Assembly (NCBI GenBank): GCA_037443565.1
Contig: JBBIOB010000010.1
Location: 1,329-65,328 of the forward strand
Origin: Armatimonadota bacterium
Lineage (GTDB): Bacteria > Sysuimicrobiota > Sysuimicrobiia > Sysuimicrobiales > Humicultoraceae
DNA: 64,000 nucleotides
Reading direction: 5' to 3'
Under the pieces are notes generated by a model, which made no database searches, was not told the origin of the DNA, and worked only from the letters and a program-made list of their open reading frames with translations. Positions 9,617 to 19,919 of the stretch are shown one piece after another. Every line of letters begins with the position of its first letter. Positions within the stretch are counted from its first letter, which is position 1. A program made the position numbers and the translations under genes.

Positions 9617-10791
9617 ATGGCTCCCCCTCCACGGCCCTGCGGCTCGACCGGGAGCTGCGCGTTCGTCCAGGCGGTGATCCCTCCCGCCAGGTTGAAGGCT
9701 CTCGGGTGGCCGTGCGCCTGCAGCCAGACGGCGATCTCGGCGCTACGCTGACCGACCGCACAGTACACCACCACAGGGCGACCCGGCGGGATCTCGCTGT
9801 ACCGTTCGGGCACCTGCCCCTTGGGGATGAGGACCGCCCCGGGGATGCGCACCACTTCCCACTCCCAGGGCTCGCGGACGTCCAGCAGGAAGGCACCGTC
9901 CTCCTGCACCAGTCTGGCAGCTTCCTCGGGTGACGCCTCGACGACGGGAGGTGCCGCCGCCTCCGCGGCCGCATGGCGGCCGGGCACCCCGCAGAACTGG
10001 TCGTAGTCGATCAGATCGCGGATGGTCGGCCGGTCCCCGCAGACCGGGCAGTCGGGATTCCGGTGCCAGCGCAGCGTGCGCACCTGCCCCTCCAGGGCGT
10101 CGAAGAGGAGCAGGCGGTTGACCAGCACGTCGGGCTGGCCCAGCAGCACCTTGATGGTCTCGATGGCCTGCAGCGTGCCCATGAAGCCGGCCAAGGCGCC
10201 GATGACCCCTGCCTCGGCGCAGCTCGGCACCGCGCCGGGCGGCGGCGGTGCCGGGAACAGGCACCGGTAGCAGCCGCGCCCCGGCAGGTAGACGGTGAAC
10301 TGGGCCTCCCATCGGAGCACGCTGGCGTCCACCAGCGGCCTGGCGAGGAGCACGCAGGCATCGTTGACCAGGTAGCGGGTGGGGAAGTTGTCGCTGCCGT
10401 TGACGACCATGTCAAAGCCCCTGATGATGTCGAGGGCATTGTCCCTGGTCAGGGTCGTCTGGAAGGGGGTCACGGTCACATCAGGGTTGACATCTTCGAG
10501 CGTGCGGCGGGCCGACTGTGTCTTCGGCCGGCCGAGATCGTGCGTGAAGTGGAGGATCTGCCGGTGGAGGTTGGTGAGGTCCACCCGGTCGCCGTCCACG
10601 ATGCCCAGGGTGCCGACCCCTGCTGCCGCCAGATAGAGGCACGCCGGACAGCCCAGTCCGCCCGCGCCGACAACGAGCACGCTGCTGTCCAGCAGGCGGC
10701 GCTGCCCGGCGACGCCGACCTCTTCCAGGATGACCTGGCGCGAGTAGCGCTGGAGCTGCTCGCTGGTAAGGAGGCGCGTGGTCACGCTCAT
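9613..10791 (-). CDS. moeZ: MoeB/ThiF-family adenylyltransferase fused to a C-terminal rhodanese domain (MoeZ-like sulfur-carrier adenylyltransferase/sulfurtransferase)
   Basis: E1-like nucleotide-binding motif (VLVVGAGGLGCPACLYLAAAGVG), zinc CxxC pairs (CYRC…CPVC) and a C-terminal rhodanese domain with active Cys (VVVYCAVGQRS). Likely start is MSVTT at 10791. Confidence 0.8.
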   Translation of the reverse strand: MSVTTRLLTSEQLQRYSRQVILEEVGVAGQRRLLDSSVLVVGAGGLGCPACLYLAAAGVGTLGIVDGDRVDLTNLHRQILHFTHDLGRPKTQSARRTLEDVNPDVTVTPFQTTLTRDNALDIIRGFDMVVNGSDNFPTRYLVNDACVLLARPLVDASVLRWEAQFTVYLPGRGCYRCLFPAPPPPGAVPSCAEAGVIGALAGFMGTLQAIETIKVLLGQPDVLVNRLLLFDALEGQVRTLRWHRNPDCPVCGDRPTIRDLIDYDQFCGVPGRHAAAEAAAPPVVEASPEEAARLVQEDGAFLLDVREPWEWEVVRIPGAVLIPKGQVPERYSEIPPGRPVVVYCAVGQRSAEIAVWLQAHGHPRAFNLAGGITAWTNAQLPVEPQGRGGGAM

Positions 10792-11045
10792 GGCCGGGCC
10801 TCCGCGCTCTGGAGGCCCTCGGGTGGGCCCTGTGTGCGCGTGATCCGGATCCGCCACTGGCCGGGCCCCTCCTCTTCGATGGCGCACCGATAGCCGAGCC
10901 GAGAGGTGTAGAAGGGGATCGACTCCAGCGCCGGCGGATGGTCGGTGAGCACCTCGAGGTGCTCACCCTGGGCCAGCGTTCGAAGGACCTCGACCGTCTT
11001 CATAATCGGATAGGGGCAGATCTCGCCCCGCACGTCCAGCTCCAT
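10788..11045 (-). CDS. TusA-family sulfurtransferase
   Basis: CPxP active-site motif (MELDVRGEICPYPIMKT). The 4-nt stop/start overlap with the MoeZ-like gene suggests translational coupling. Confidence 0.7.
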   Translation of the reverse strand: MELDVRGEICPYPIMKTVEVLRTLAQGEHLEVLTDHPPALESIPFYTSRLGYRCAIEEEGPGQWRIRITRTQGPPEGLQSAEARP

Positions 11046-11069
11046 TGGAATCCCTCCCATTCCATCTCG

Positions 11070-12293
11070 TCACGGGATGCGCCTGATGATCTGCACCCCC
11101 ACCCACGCGCCGGCAGCCAGGGACAACGCGAACACCCAGCCGTTGAGGGCCAGCGAGGGAACAGCCGAGAAGAACGCACCCAGCGTGCACCCCATGGCCA
11201 GGGTGGCGCCGTAGCCCATGAGGATCCCACCGCCCAGGGCCTGCAGGTAGCGCCGCCGCTCCTTGGGCCGGCGCAGCCGGAACTCTCCGGCCAGCAGTGC
11301 GCCGGCAAAGGATCCGGCCACCATGCCGACGTTGAGCGTCAGCGTGTGGGTAAGCCAGGGGCCACCGGTGGCGGCCAGCGCGCAGGCGGCCAGTTCCTCC
11401 GCGCCCTTCAGCGGGCCCGGGCCCCATCCGGCCAGGGTGAGGAGCCCCATGGACCATCGGGAGATCTCCCCGGTCACCCCCCACGGCATGTGGGCCGTGT
11501 AGAGAAACACATTGAGCACACCCAGGGCGATCCCGCCGGCTGCCGGCGACCATCCCCGCACGCAGACCGCGCGCAGCCCGGCATCCACCCGGTCCCGGAA
11601 GCTCCGGGCGAGGAGTGGCGCCGGCGGCTCCGGAGAGGCGAACCCCTGGCGCGCCTCCCACCAGGTGACCAGCAGGTACGCTGCAGCCAGCAGGGCCACA
11701 GTGCCCGCCACCGCGGCGCCATAGCCGCCGGCGCCGGGCAGCCACACCAGTGGGCCGCGCTCAATACTGGTGCGCCACCAGAAGTTCCATGTGTGCGCCC
11801 CCAGCCCCAGTCCGGCCATGATGCCCACCAGGGCTACCCCGGAGGCCACGTAGCCCTCCCCGATCCGGTACATCGACCCTGAGACGCAGCCTCCGGCGAC
11901 GACCATGCCGATGCCAAACATGAGGCCGCCTGTGACGAGGTGCACTCCCAGCGGAATGACGTGGGCCTCGGGCGCGATCGCGCCCAGGCCAGGATCTGGG
12001 ACCATGCGGTTCATCAGCACTACGAAACCGGCGGTCGCCACCGCCAGGCCGCCCAGGATGCCTCGCATGACCCGTCCGGACCCAAACAGGAACAGATCGC
12101 GAAAGGCCGAGGCGAAGCAGAACCGGCTGCGCTGCAGCACGAACCCGAATGCCAGGCCGAAGAGCCAGAACAGGCCCGAGCGCGGGTCCGCCCGGGAGGT
12201 GAGCGTGGCGATCGCGGCAGCAGCCACGAGCGCACCGGTCCCCAGGAGCAGCAGGCGCGGCAAATCGGTCCTGGTCGATACGGTGCCCCTCAT
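11070..12293 (-). CDS. YeeE/YedE family thiosulfate/sulfur-compound transporter (two-repeat form)
   Basis: Two YeeE/YedE repeats, each with the conserved cysteine in a …RFCFASAF…-type motif. Polytopic membrane protein. Confidence 0.8.
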   Translation of the reverse strand: MRGTVSTRTDLPRLLLLGTGALVAAAAIATLTSRADPRSGLFWLFGLAFGFVLQRSRFCFASAFRDLFLFGSGRVMRGILGGLAVATAGFVVLMNRMVPDPGLGAIAPEAHVIPLGVHLVTGGLMFGIGMVVAGGCVSGSMYRIGEGYVASGVALVGIMAGLGLGAHTWNFWWRTSIERGPLVWLPGAGGYGAAVAGTVALLAAAYLLVTWWEARQGFASPEPPAPLLARSFRDRVDAGLRAVCVRGWSPAAGGIALGVLNVFLYTAHMPWGVTGEISRWSMGLLTLAGWGPGPLKGAEELAACALAATGGPWLTHTLTLNVGMVAGSFAGALLAGEFRLRRPKERRRYLQALGGGILMGYGATLAMGCTLGAFFSAVPSLALNGWVFALSLAAGAWVGVQIIRRIP

Positions 12294-12336
12294 CGCGTCA
12301 CCTCACAGTCCGTCTCCGAAGGGGCCACTCCAAGGG

Positions 12337-13257
12337 TCACCTCCGGACCGGCAGATCGGGGCGGTTCCCCCACTCCTCCCAGCTCCCGTCGTAGTTCCGG
12401 ACCTGCGGGTGGCCCAGCAGGTATCTCAGCACGAACCACGTGTGGGCGGAGCGCACGCCTGTCTGGCAGTAGGTAATGATCTCCCTGTCCTTCGGCACGC
12501 CTGCCCGGGCGTACAGCGCTCGTAGCTCCCTGACGGCCTTGAACGTCCCGTCCGGGTTGGTCGCCAGCGGCCAGTCCACGTTCACGGCTCCGGGGATGTG
12601 GCCGCCCCTCGCGGAACGCACGTCCAACCCAGCGTACTCCCTGGGGCTGCGGGCGTCGAGGAGGAATGCCTTGCCCAGCCTGGCCCGGATGTAGTCGGCC
12701 GTAGCGTTGATGCCGTCGTCGCGCTGCCCTGCCACATAGGACGACGGCTGAACCGCCGGCACGTCGGTGACGAGCGAACGGCCGTCTGCGGCCCACCTCG
12801 CGCTGCCGCCGTCCAGAATCGCCACCCGCCCGTGCCGGTAGAGCTTGAAGACCCAAAACGCCCGCGCGGCGTAGAGGCTCCTGGCGTCGTCGTACAGGAT
12901 GACGGCGTCGGTGTTGCGTATCCCCAGCCGGCGCATGAGGGCCTGGAACTGCTCCCCGGTGGGCGCCATGCCCTTCATTGGATGCGTGGGATCTACCAGG
13001 TCGGTCATGACGGAGACGTAGGTGGCCCCGGGCAGGTGGCCCCGCTCGTAGACCTCCCGGGTGGTGCTCACGTCGATGAGGCGCAGATCCGGCCTCGCGA
13101 GGTTGGCAGCCAGCCAGGCTGGATCGACCAGCACCTGAGCCCCGGCGAGGCCGCCCGCGGGCTGGGCCATCGACGGAGGAACGGCTAGTCCGATGAGCAG
13201 GCCCCACAGTATGGCATTCCACAGGATCATCCGGCGCATTGTCCTCACCCCCCACAT
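12337..13257 (-). CDS. Secreted tandem-domain rhodanese (thiosulfate/3-mercaptopyruvate sulfurtransferase, SseA-like)
   Basis: Signal peptide followed by two rhodanese domains, the second with the active-site loop (ITYCQTGVRS). Start is either 13257 or 13239. Confidence 0.8.
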   Translation of the reverse strand: MWGVRTMRRMILWNAILWGLLIGLAVPPSMAQPAGGLAGAQVLVDPAWLAANLARPDLRLIDVSTTREVYERGHLPGATYVSVMTDLVDPTHPMKGMAPTGEQFQALMRRLGIRNTDAVILYDDARSLYAARAFWVFKLYRHGRVAILDGGSARWAADGRSLVTDVPAVQPSSYVAGQRDDGINATADYIRARLGKAFLLDARSPREYAGLDVRSARGGHIPGAVNVDWPLATNPDGTFKAVRELRALYARAGVPKDREIITYCQTGVRSAHTWFVLRYLLGHPQVRNYDGSWEEWGNRPDLPVRR

Positions 13258-13679
13258 GGTGTGAAGTCCGGGTGGAACCGGGATCCGTCGACCCCAGCCT
13301 CCCTGGGCAGTCTTTCCTAGCTGGAGCTCAGTTAGAAGATGCGGGCGATATGATGGCCGCGAAGGCTAGGCCTTCGCGACGCACAGATGCAGTCGCGCGG
13401 GCGGCGGATCCGCCCCCGATGTGGCGAGGTCGGCACGGAGGTGATCTGACTCATGCGGCGACAACCGGTACGTATTGAAGGTGTGTGTAGCACATCGGGA
13501 TCGGCGTGGCAATCGGGTGGCCGCCCGATGCGGGGCTCGCGAGCTGTCCCGACACCTGGTGGCGTCTCTGGTCGCCGGGCACAGCGGAGGTTGACATCCG
13601 TCTCCGATCGGGGATCGGTCCTCCGCCTGATGGTGTCTTCCGCTGAGGCCCGTATACGCTAGGGCCAAATCGGCAGGCA

Positions 13680-15899
13680 GTGGTGGCGGGGATGAGCCTG
13701 CGCAGGCGGATCATGCTGCTGGTGGCGATTGGGCTGATCATCGCCACGGCCCCCCTCGGCGTCATGGGCGTCGGGATGCTCCGCGCGGCCAAGGAACGCA
13801 TGCTGGCGGAGCGACTCGCCCTGACTCGCGCCACGGTGGAGCACCTCAACTGGCGACTGGCGCGAAGCTGGGAGCAGCTCGAGGCGCTCAGCCGGCTCAT
13901 CATCCCTCTCTGGCGGGCGGGGGATCTGGATGCCATGCGCGCGGCGGTTGTCGCCGTGGTCCCTCAGTTGACGCTTTTCACCGGCGGGGTCTTCCTGGTC
14001 GATTCCACCGGACGTCTGGCATTCCAGGAACCCGCCGAGCCTGCGCTGTCCCTGCCCGCCGCTGCGCTGTCGTCCTCGATGAGGAAAACCCTGGCGGAGG
14101 GACGCCCTGCCGTCAGCGGCCTGGTCCGCACCACGACCGGGACTCCTGTGGTGATCTTCACGGTGCCGGTGTCGCAGGTGGCGGACGCGCCGGGAGGCGC
14201 CCTCGGCGGAGTCCTCAGCCTGACCGATGAGACGCTCCAGGCCTTTGTCAGGGGCATGGCCATTGGCGTCAGCGGGCACGCCGTGATCGTGAACGAGGAC
14301 GGTCTCATCCTGGCCAGCACCGATCCCGCAGAGCTGTTCACCTACGAGGAGCACCCCGAGTTCTTCGTGGAGCTGATCCGCGGCCGACGCGCGCTGGTCG
14401 GCTCGACCGAGAAGACCATCGGCCCGACCGGCTCCACGGAGACCCACGTGATGGCCTTTGCCCCTCTGGACGCTGTCCCCTGGGGCCTTGCCGTCGGCCA
14501 GAATGAGGAAGAGACGTTCGGCCCGATCCGCCGGCTCCGCGATCGGATCGTCCTCTTCGGTGTGGCCGTCCTCCTGGCCGCGCTCGTCTTTGCCTGGCTG
14601 GACACGGAGGCGGCGACCGCTCCGCTTCGTTTGCTGAAGGAGAGCGCGGAGCGGATTGCCGGGGGCGATCTGGCGCGGCGCATCGAGGTGCGGCGCGCCG
14701 ACGAGATCGGCGCCCTGGCCCGGAGCTTTGAGGCGATGCGGGGCCGGCTCCTCCATTCGCTCGACGAGATCCACCGCCGGGCAGAGGCCTCGCAGTCGCT
14801 CTACCACATCGGCACCGAGGTGCTGAGCCTCCAGGATCGGGATGCCGTCCTCCAGTCCGTCGCGACCCGCGCGGCCTCCCTGCTGGGCGGCGACATCGCC
14901 GTCGTCTGCCTCATCGATGAATCGGGGCGTACCGCCACCGTGCAGGCCGCGGCCGGCCCCGGCCTGGAGCTCCTCCGCTCCACCGGGCCGGTTGCCGTGT
15001 CGGTCGGGGAAGACGGCCTGGCATGCGCGGGGTGCCCGCTCGTGGACACCACGGCGCTGAAGGCGCACGCCGCGGCCCCCCTCGTGGTCGCCGGGCGGAT
15101 GGTCGGCGCGCTCTGCGTGGGCGCGTGGAGCGAGGGCGCGTTCACGCCCCATGAGCGCGAGGTCCTGGGCGGGCTCGCCAACCTGGCGGCCATGGCCGTC
15201 GAGAATGCCCGCCTCCAGGAACGCGTGCTGTCGATGGCGGTGGTGGACGAGCGCGAGCGGATCGCCCGGGAGATGCACGACAGTGTCGGGCAGCTGCTGG
15301 GCTACGTCAACACGAAGGCCCAGGCCGTCCGGGTGCTGCTCGACGTGGGGAAGACCGGTGACGCACAGACGCAGCTCGCCCAACTCGAGCAAGCGTCGCG
15401 CGAGATCTATGCGGACCTGCGGGAAGCCATCCTGGGACTCCGGGCGGAGGTCTCGCCGGATCGGCGGCTCGTCCCGGTACTCGAGGAGTACGTGCGTCGG
15501 TTCAGCGAGTTGAGCGGGCTGGCCACCGAGCTGCGCGTGGAAGGTGATCCAGGCCGCTACGCCTTGAGCCCGACGACAGAGCTTCATCTCATCCGGATCA
15601 TCCAGGAGGCCCTGACCAACGTACGGAAGCACGCGATGGCGCGGCGCGCCTGGGTCCAGTTCTCGGAGCAGGACGGTACCCTGACCGTGTCGGTGAGGGA
15701 TGACGGCCAGGGATTCGATCCCGACCGCGGGCCGGGAGGCACATGGCCCAGGTTTGGGATGCAGACGATGCGTGAGCGGGCGGAGGCGATCGGCGGCACG
15801 TTCCTGGTCCGCTCGCAGAGCGGCTCGGGGACCGAGATCGTGGTCCGCATTCCTACCTCGGGGAGGCCTGTGCGCGGTGCGCGTCCTGTTGGTGGATGA
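13680..15899 (+). CDS. Sensor histidine kinase with N-terminal sensor/TM, HAMP, GAF and HisKA_3-HATPase (NarL-partner type)
   Basis: HAMP region ([29 protein letters not shown]), a GAF-like segment, the HisKA_3 H-box ([16 protein letters not shown]) and an ATPase G-boxes region ([10 protein letters not shown]…[18 protein letters not shown]). Confidence 0.75.
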   Translation: MVAGMSLRRRIMLLVAIGLIIATAPLGVMGVGMLRAAKERMLAERLALTRATVEHLNWRLARSWEQLEALSRLIIPLWRAGDLDAMRAAVVAVVPQLTLFTGGVFLVDSTGRLAFQEPAEPALSLPAAALSSSMRKTLAEGRPAVSGLVRTTTGTPVVIFTVPVSQVADAPGGALGGVLSLTDETLQAFVRGMAIGVSGHAVIVNEDGLILASTDPAELFTYEEHPEFFVELIRGRRALVGSTEKTIGPTGSTETHVMAFAPLDAVPWGLAVGQNEEETFGPIRRLRDRIVLFGVAVLLAALVFAWLDTEAATAPLRLLKESAERIAGGDLARRIEVRRADEIGALARSFEAMRGRLLHSLDEIHRRAEASQSLYHIGTEVLSLQDRDAVLQSVATRAASLLGGDIAVVCLIDESGRTATVQAAAGPGLELLRSTGPVAVSVGEDGLACAGCPLVDTTALKAHAAAPLVVAGRMVGALCVGAWSEGAFTPHEREVLGGLANLAAMAVENARLQERVLSMAVVDERERIAREMHDSVGQLLGYVNTKAQAVRVLLDVGKTGDAQTQLAQLEQASREIYADLREAILGLRAEVSPDRRLVPVLEEYVRRFSELSGLATELRVEGDPGRYALSPTTELHLIRIIQEALTNVRKHAMARRAWVQFSEQDGTLTVSVRDDGQGFDPDRGPGGTWPRFGMQTMRERAEAIGGTFLVRSQSGSGTEIVVRIPTSGRPVRGARPVGG

Positions 15900-16020
15900 C
15901 CACCCGCTGTTCCGTGACGGTGTCCGCAGTCTCCTGCAGGCGCGGGGCGTGGAGGTCGTCGGAGAAGCGGGCGACGGCCAGGAGGCCTTCGAGGCGGCGT
16001 TGCGCATGAACAGAACACCC
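15877..16020 (+). pseudogene. Truncated response-regulator receiver domain (first ~48 aa only), overlapping the kinase stop
   Basis: [45 protein letters not shown] is a typical NarL-family REC N-terminus. After ~16010 the frame becomes non-REC sequence and no LuxR HTH follows. Confidence 0.4.
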
Positions 16021-16179
16021 ATGAGTGCGGCCACCGCCGGCCGGGGTACCATGCGCGGGGCCCCGCCCGTGACACGCAGGACTGCCCATACGGTGGCCAC
16101 GGCGAGGGGCAGCCCCATCAGGACCTCCGCGCCGCCGATGCGAAAACCCGTGAGGCCGTAGTTCAGGTGCGGGACGTGC

Positions 16180-16766
16180 GTGGCGTACAGCGCGGCGGCG
16201 AACGCCGCCGCGCGCAGCAGGGTCGACGGCTGGGCTACATGCTCTACAACTTTCGCCTTCTACCTCTTCGGGGCGGCGTTCAACCAGCTCTTCCTGGTCT
16301 ACGCCGCCCTCGTACCGCTCTCGGTGCTGGCGCTCATCTTCGGGCTGGTCGGGAGCGACGTCACGGCCCTTAGCCGGACCTTCCGGGGCCGGCTCCCGGC
16401 GAAGTGGATCAGCGGGTTCATGCTGCTGGTGGCCGCCGGTCTGAGCGCCACCTATGCGGCGCAGTCTCTGGCCTTCATCACCACGGGCAACTGCCACCCG
16501 TGGTGGTGAACACCGGGCACCCTACCAGCGTGGTCTTCGCCCTGGACCTCTCCCTGGTGGTCCCGTTCTTCGTCCTGGGAGCGATCTGGCTGTGGCGGCG
16601 CCGGCCGTGGGGCGCGGCCTACATGCTGGCCCTCACCGCCGCCACTGTGTCTGGGGCGAACGCCGGCGGCTCTACCGCCCTGGTTCCTCTTTGGGCCTCA
16701 ATTGGCGCGGTCAGCCTGATCGTAGCCGTGCTCCTGCTCCGCGATATGCGCACGGCGGAGACGTAG
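16180..16766 (+). pseudogene. Disrupted membrane protein of unknown family (frame switch near 16500)
   Basis: Two consecutive hydrophobic protein-like ORF pieces in different frames (…FAFYLFGAAFNQLFLVYAALVPLSVLALIFGLVG… and …VVFALDLSLVVPFFVLGAIWLWRRRPWGAAYMLALTAA…). Either a frameshift or a sequencing error. Confidence 0.3.
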
Positions 16767-17203
16767 TCCAACGCAGGGCCGTGCCCGCCCGGATTGGTGC
16801 TACGGCCGCCAGATCAGCCCCAGGATCGACGGCTCCCTCGGCCGAGAAGGTGTGGCTGCCGCCGAGGGTGGTGGTCGGCGCCTGTTCGGCTCGGACTTCA
16901 CCTTCTGGCTGCTGGTGACCAGGCTGCGGTCCCTGTACCCGGACAGGAGGACGGGGCCACATCAGTCGCGCGCCTGATCCTCCTCCTACGCTACCGGCGG
17001 TCGGCCAGTGGCCTGAGTCAGAATCAAGTGATGCAACCTTCGTGCGTCTTGATCAGGCGCGTAGTGAGATGCGTTTTGTGTCACCCGTCCACGGCCGAGG
17101 CCACGCGCTCCTGGAATGAAGAGGCCACCCGAGAAAGGCCAACGCAGCGGGCGATGGAGAGGGTGGGGGACAACACGTAGATGGTAGTCGCAGCGACTAC
17201 AAT

Positions 17204-19519
17204 CTACGCGCCCCAAGAAGAGCCCCAGATGGCCCGAGCAGGGCTTGGATGAAGCGAGACAACGAACTCGCCTAGATCGTAGTCGGTGCGAACACGATCT
17301 ATCTCGACCCCGAGGCGCTTCAGCGCGGCGATCGCGGCGACCGAGTCTTCCTTGACGGTGTCGGCCACAGCCACGACCCCGGCGGGCTTGCCGTCCAGCG
17401 CCACCAGCATCGGCGTCTTGCCCTCCTCCGCCAGGCGGCGCGCCTCGTCCTCGAGCGCGGCGGTCTCAATCCCGGCATCCGCCAGCAGGCGCCGGTTGCC
17501 GATCAGCACCGTCGTGCTGTCCACGGTCGCGCGGATGCCCTTCCCGGTGACGGAATCGAACTCCCTGGGCTCCGCCAGGACGATCCCGCGGGCCTGCGCC
17601 CCGCGCACGATGGCCTCGCCCAGGGGATGCTCTGAGGAGCGCTCCGCGGACGCCACCAGCCGCAGCATCTCCTCCTGCAGCGGCGACCCCACCGGCACCA
17701 CGTCGGTGAGCTCGGGTTTGCCCTTCGTGATCGTCCCGGTCTTGTCCAGGACGATCGTGCGCAGCTTGTGGGCCGTCTCCAGGGCCTCGGCGCTCTTGAT
17801 CAGGATGCCGTTCTCTGCGCCCTTGCCGGTGCCTACCATGATCGAGAGCGGCGTCGCCAGGCCCAGCGCGCAGGGGCAGGCGATGATCAGCACGGTCACC
17901 GAGGTGCCCAGCGCAAAGATGAGGGCCGGGTCAGGGCCGACGTTGAACCAGACCACGAAGGTCCCGATGGCGATGAAGATCACCGCGGGCACGAAGTAGC
18001 TCGACACCAGGTCGACCAGGCGCTGGATGGGCGCCTTCGAGCCCTGAGCCTGCTCCACCAACCGGATGATCTGCGCCAGCATCGTGTCCCTGCCGACCTT
18101 CGTGGCGCGAAACCGGAACGCGCCGGTCTGGTTGATCGTGGCGCCGATGACGACATCCCCGGGGCCCTTCTCCACGGGGATCGACTCGCCGGTCACCATC
18201 GATTCGTCCAGCGTCGAGCGTCCGTTGAGAATCTCGCCGTCCACCGGCACCTTCTCGCCGGGCCGGACGATGACGACGTCGTCGATCCGGACGTTCTCGA
18301 GGGACACCTCCTGCTCCGCGCCGTCGCGCACCACCCGCGCGGTCTTTGCCTGCAGGCCGATGAGCTTGCGGATCGCCTCGCCCGTCCCGGCCTTGGCCCG
18401 CGCCTCGAGCAGCCGGCCGAGCAGGATGAGCGTGATGATGACGCCCACGGCTTCGTAGTACACGGCGCGCAGCGCCTCCGGCAGCACGCCCGGCGCCAGG
18501 GTCACCACCAGGCTGTAGGCATAGGCCGCGGTCGTGCCGAGGGTGATCAGGCTGTTCATGTCCGCGGTGCGGCGCCCCAGCGCCAGCCAGCCTGTCCGGT
18601 GGATGGGCCAGCCGGTGTAGAACATGACCGGCGAGGTGATCACGAGCTGCAGCCAGGCGTTGTGCAGCCACTCGGGGATCCAGGCCAGGCGGAGGACCTC
18701 GCCGCCCATCACGGCCACCACCGTCGGCGCGGTGAGCAGGGCACCGACGAGCACGCGCCGGCTGAGGTCGCGGATCTCCATCCGGCGCGCCTCGGCCTCA
18801 GCATCCTCGGTGTCCTGAGAGCCGGGATCAGGTCGGTCGGCGACCTCGTAGCCGGTCGAGGTGATCGCGCGGTGCAGGGCCTCGGTGGTCACCTGCTGCG
18901 GGTCGTAGGCCACCGTGACGCGCTCGGCGCCGAAGTTCACGTCCACCCGGTCGACACCGGGCAGGTCGGCCAGGGCGGACTCGATGTTCACAACACAGGT
19001 GGGGCAGGTCACGCCGCCGCTGTGGATGGCGAACTCGGCGACGCGGGGCGAGGCGACCGGGCGCATGGGGCCCACGCCGACGGCCTGCGCGACCTCGTGG
19101 GCGTGCGCGTCCGCGCGCTCCGGCGCCGACGGGCCGGCGCCGTTCCCCTGCTCGACGACCAGGGTGCCGTGGAGCATGTTCATGCCGCAGGCGAAGCCAA
19201 ATCGGCCGGCCCTGTCGGGGACGAACTCCACCACGGTCTTGCCGAAGGCGCGCAGCGACTTGCTGATGCCGAAGTCGGGAAACACCACCCGCGCGGTGCA
19301 GTCGCTGCTCTCCTGGCGGTCGAACAGCAGGCGGACGGGCACGCCTTCCCGAACCTGGATGAGATCGGGCGAGTAGCCGCCCTTGACGGTAATCTCGACT
19401 TCCTGGACGCCGCCGCGCACGGCTGCGCGGCGGACCTGCTTGGGACCGAAGAAGTACCAGGCAAGGAAGCCGATCAGCAGTAGCCCGGCTGCGGTGACGA
19501 CAAGTTCCTGGATCCCCAT
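17204..19519 (-). pseudogene. copA: Copper-translocating P1B-type ATPase with N-terminal cupredoxin-like domain and HMA domain, C-terminally truncated (lacks the GDGxNDAP hinge and last two TM helices)
   Basis: N-terminal TM plus plastocyanin-like region (…[14 protein letters not shown]), HMA ([13 protein letters not shown]), TGES, CPC ([12 protein letters not shown]) and DKTGTIT motifs. Homology to the intact paralog stops after …ALKRLGVE (~17283), and lower-GC non-homologous sequence follows. Confidence 0.6.
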
Positions 19520-19919
19520 CCCTCAGTCACCCCTCATAGAGTGCGGGGTATCGTCGTGCAAATTGCCAAGCAGTCGTTAAGGCCGCGGCCCGGGCGACGA
19601 TGGACGTGGCTGCAGTCGCGCGTCTGCTTGACAGCCCGCGGGCAGGCAGGTACAACATCAGGCAAGGAGCAAGTGTCTACGAACACCATGACGCGACGAC
19701 CAGTCTTCGCAGGGGCACGGATCGTGTGCCTCTACTCCCCGCGCCAGTGCATCTGTCCGTGGCGGAGGTCGACGCGCGCCTTCGCCGCACCCCGAAGCTA
19801 GTCGGCTCGCAGGCACTTTCAACACCCCCCCGCGCGCGGCGATCCCGCCACCTGGATTGTGATTGCCGGTTGGGCGCCAGTGCGTCCGCCGCCTGTCATC
19901 GAGCAGAATGGAGGATTCC

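Noticed and set aside
17204-19519. Calling the first copA paralog an intact gene
   Set aside because: The C-terminus diverges from all P1B ATPases right after …LKRLGVE and lacks the essential GDGxNDAP hinge and TM7-8. It is therefore treated as truncated, unless sequence beyond 17204 is mis-assembled.
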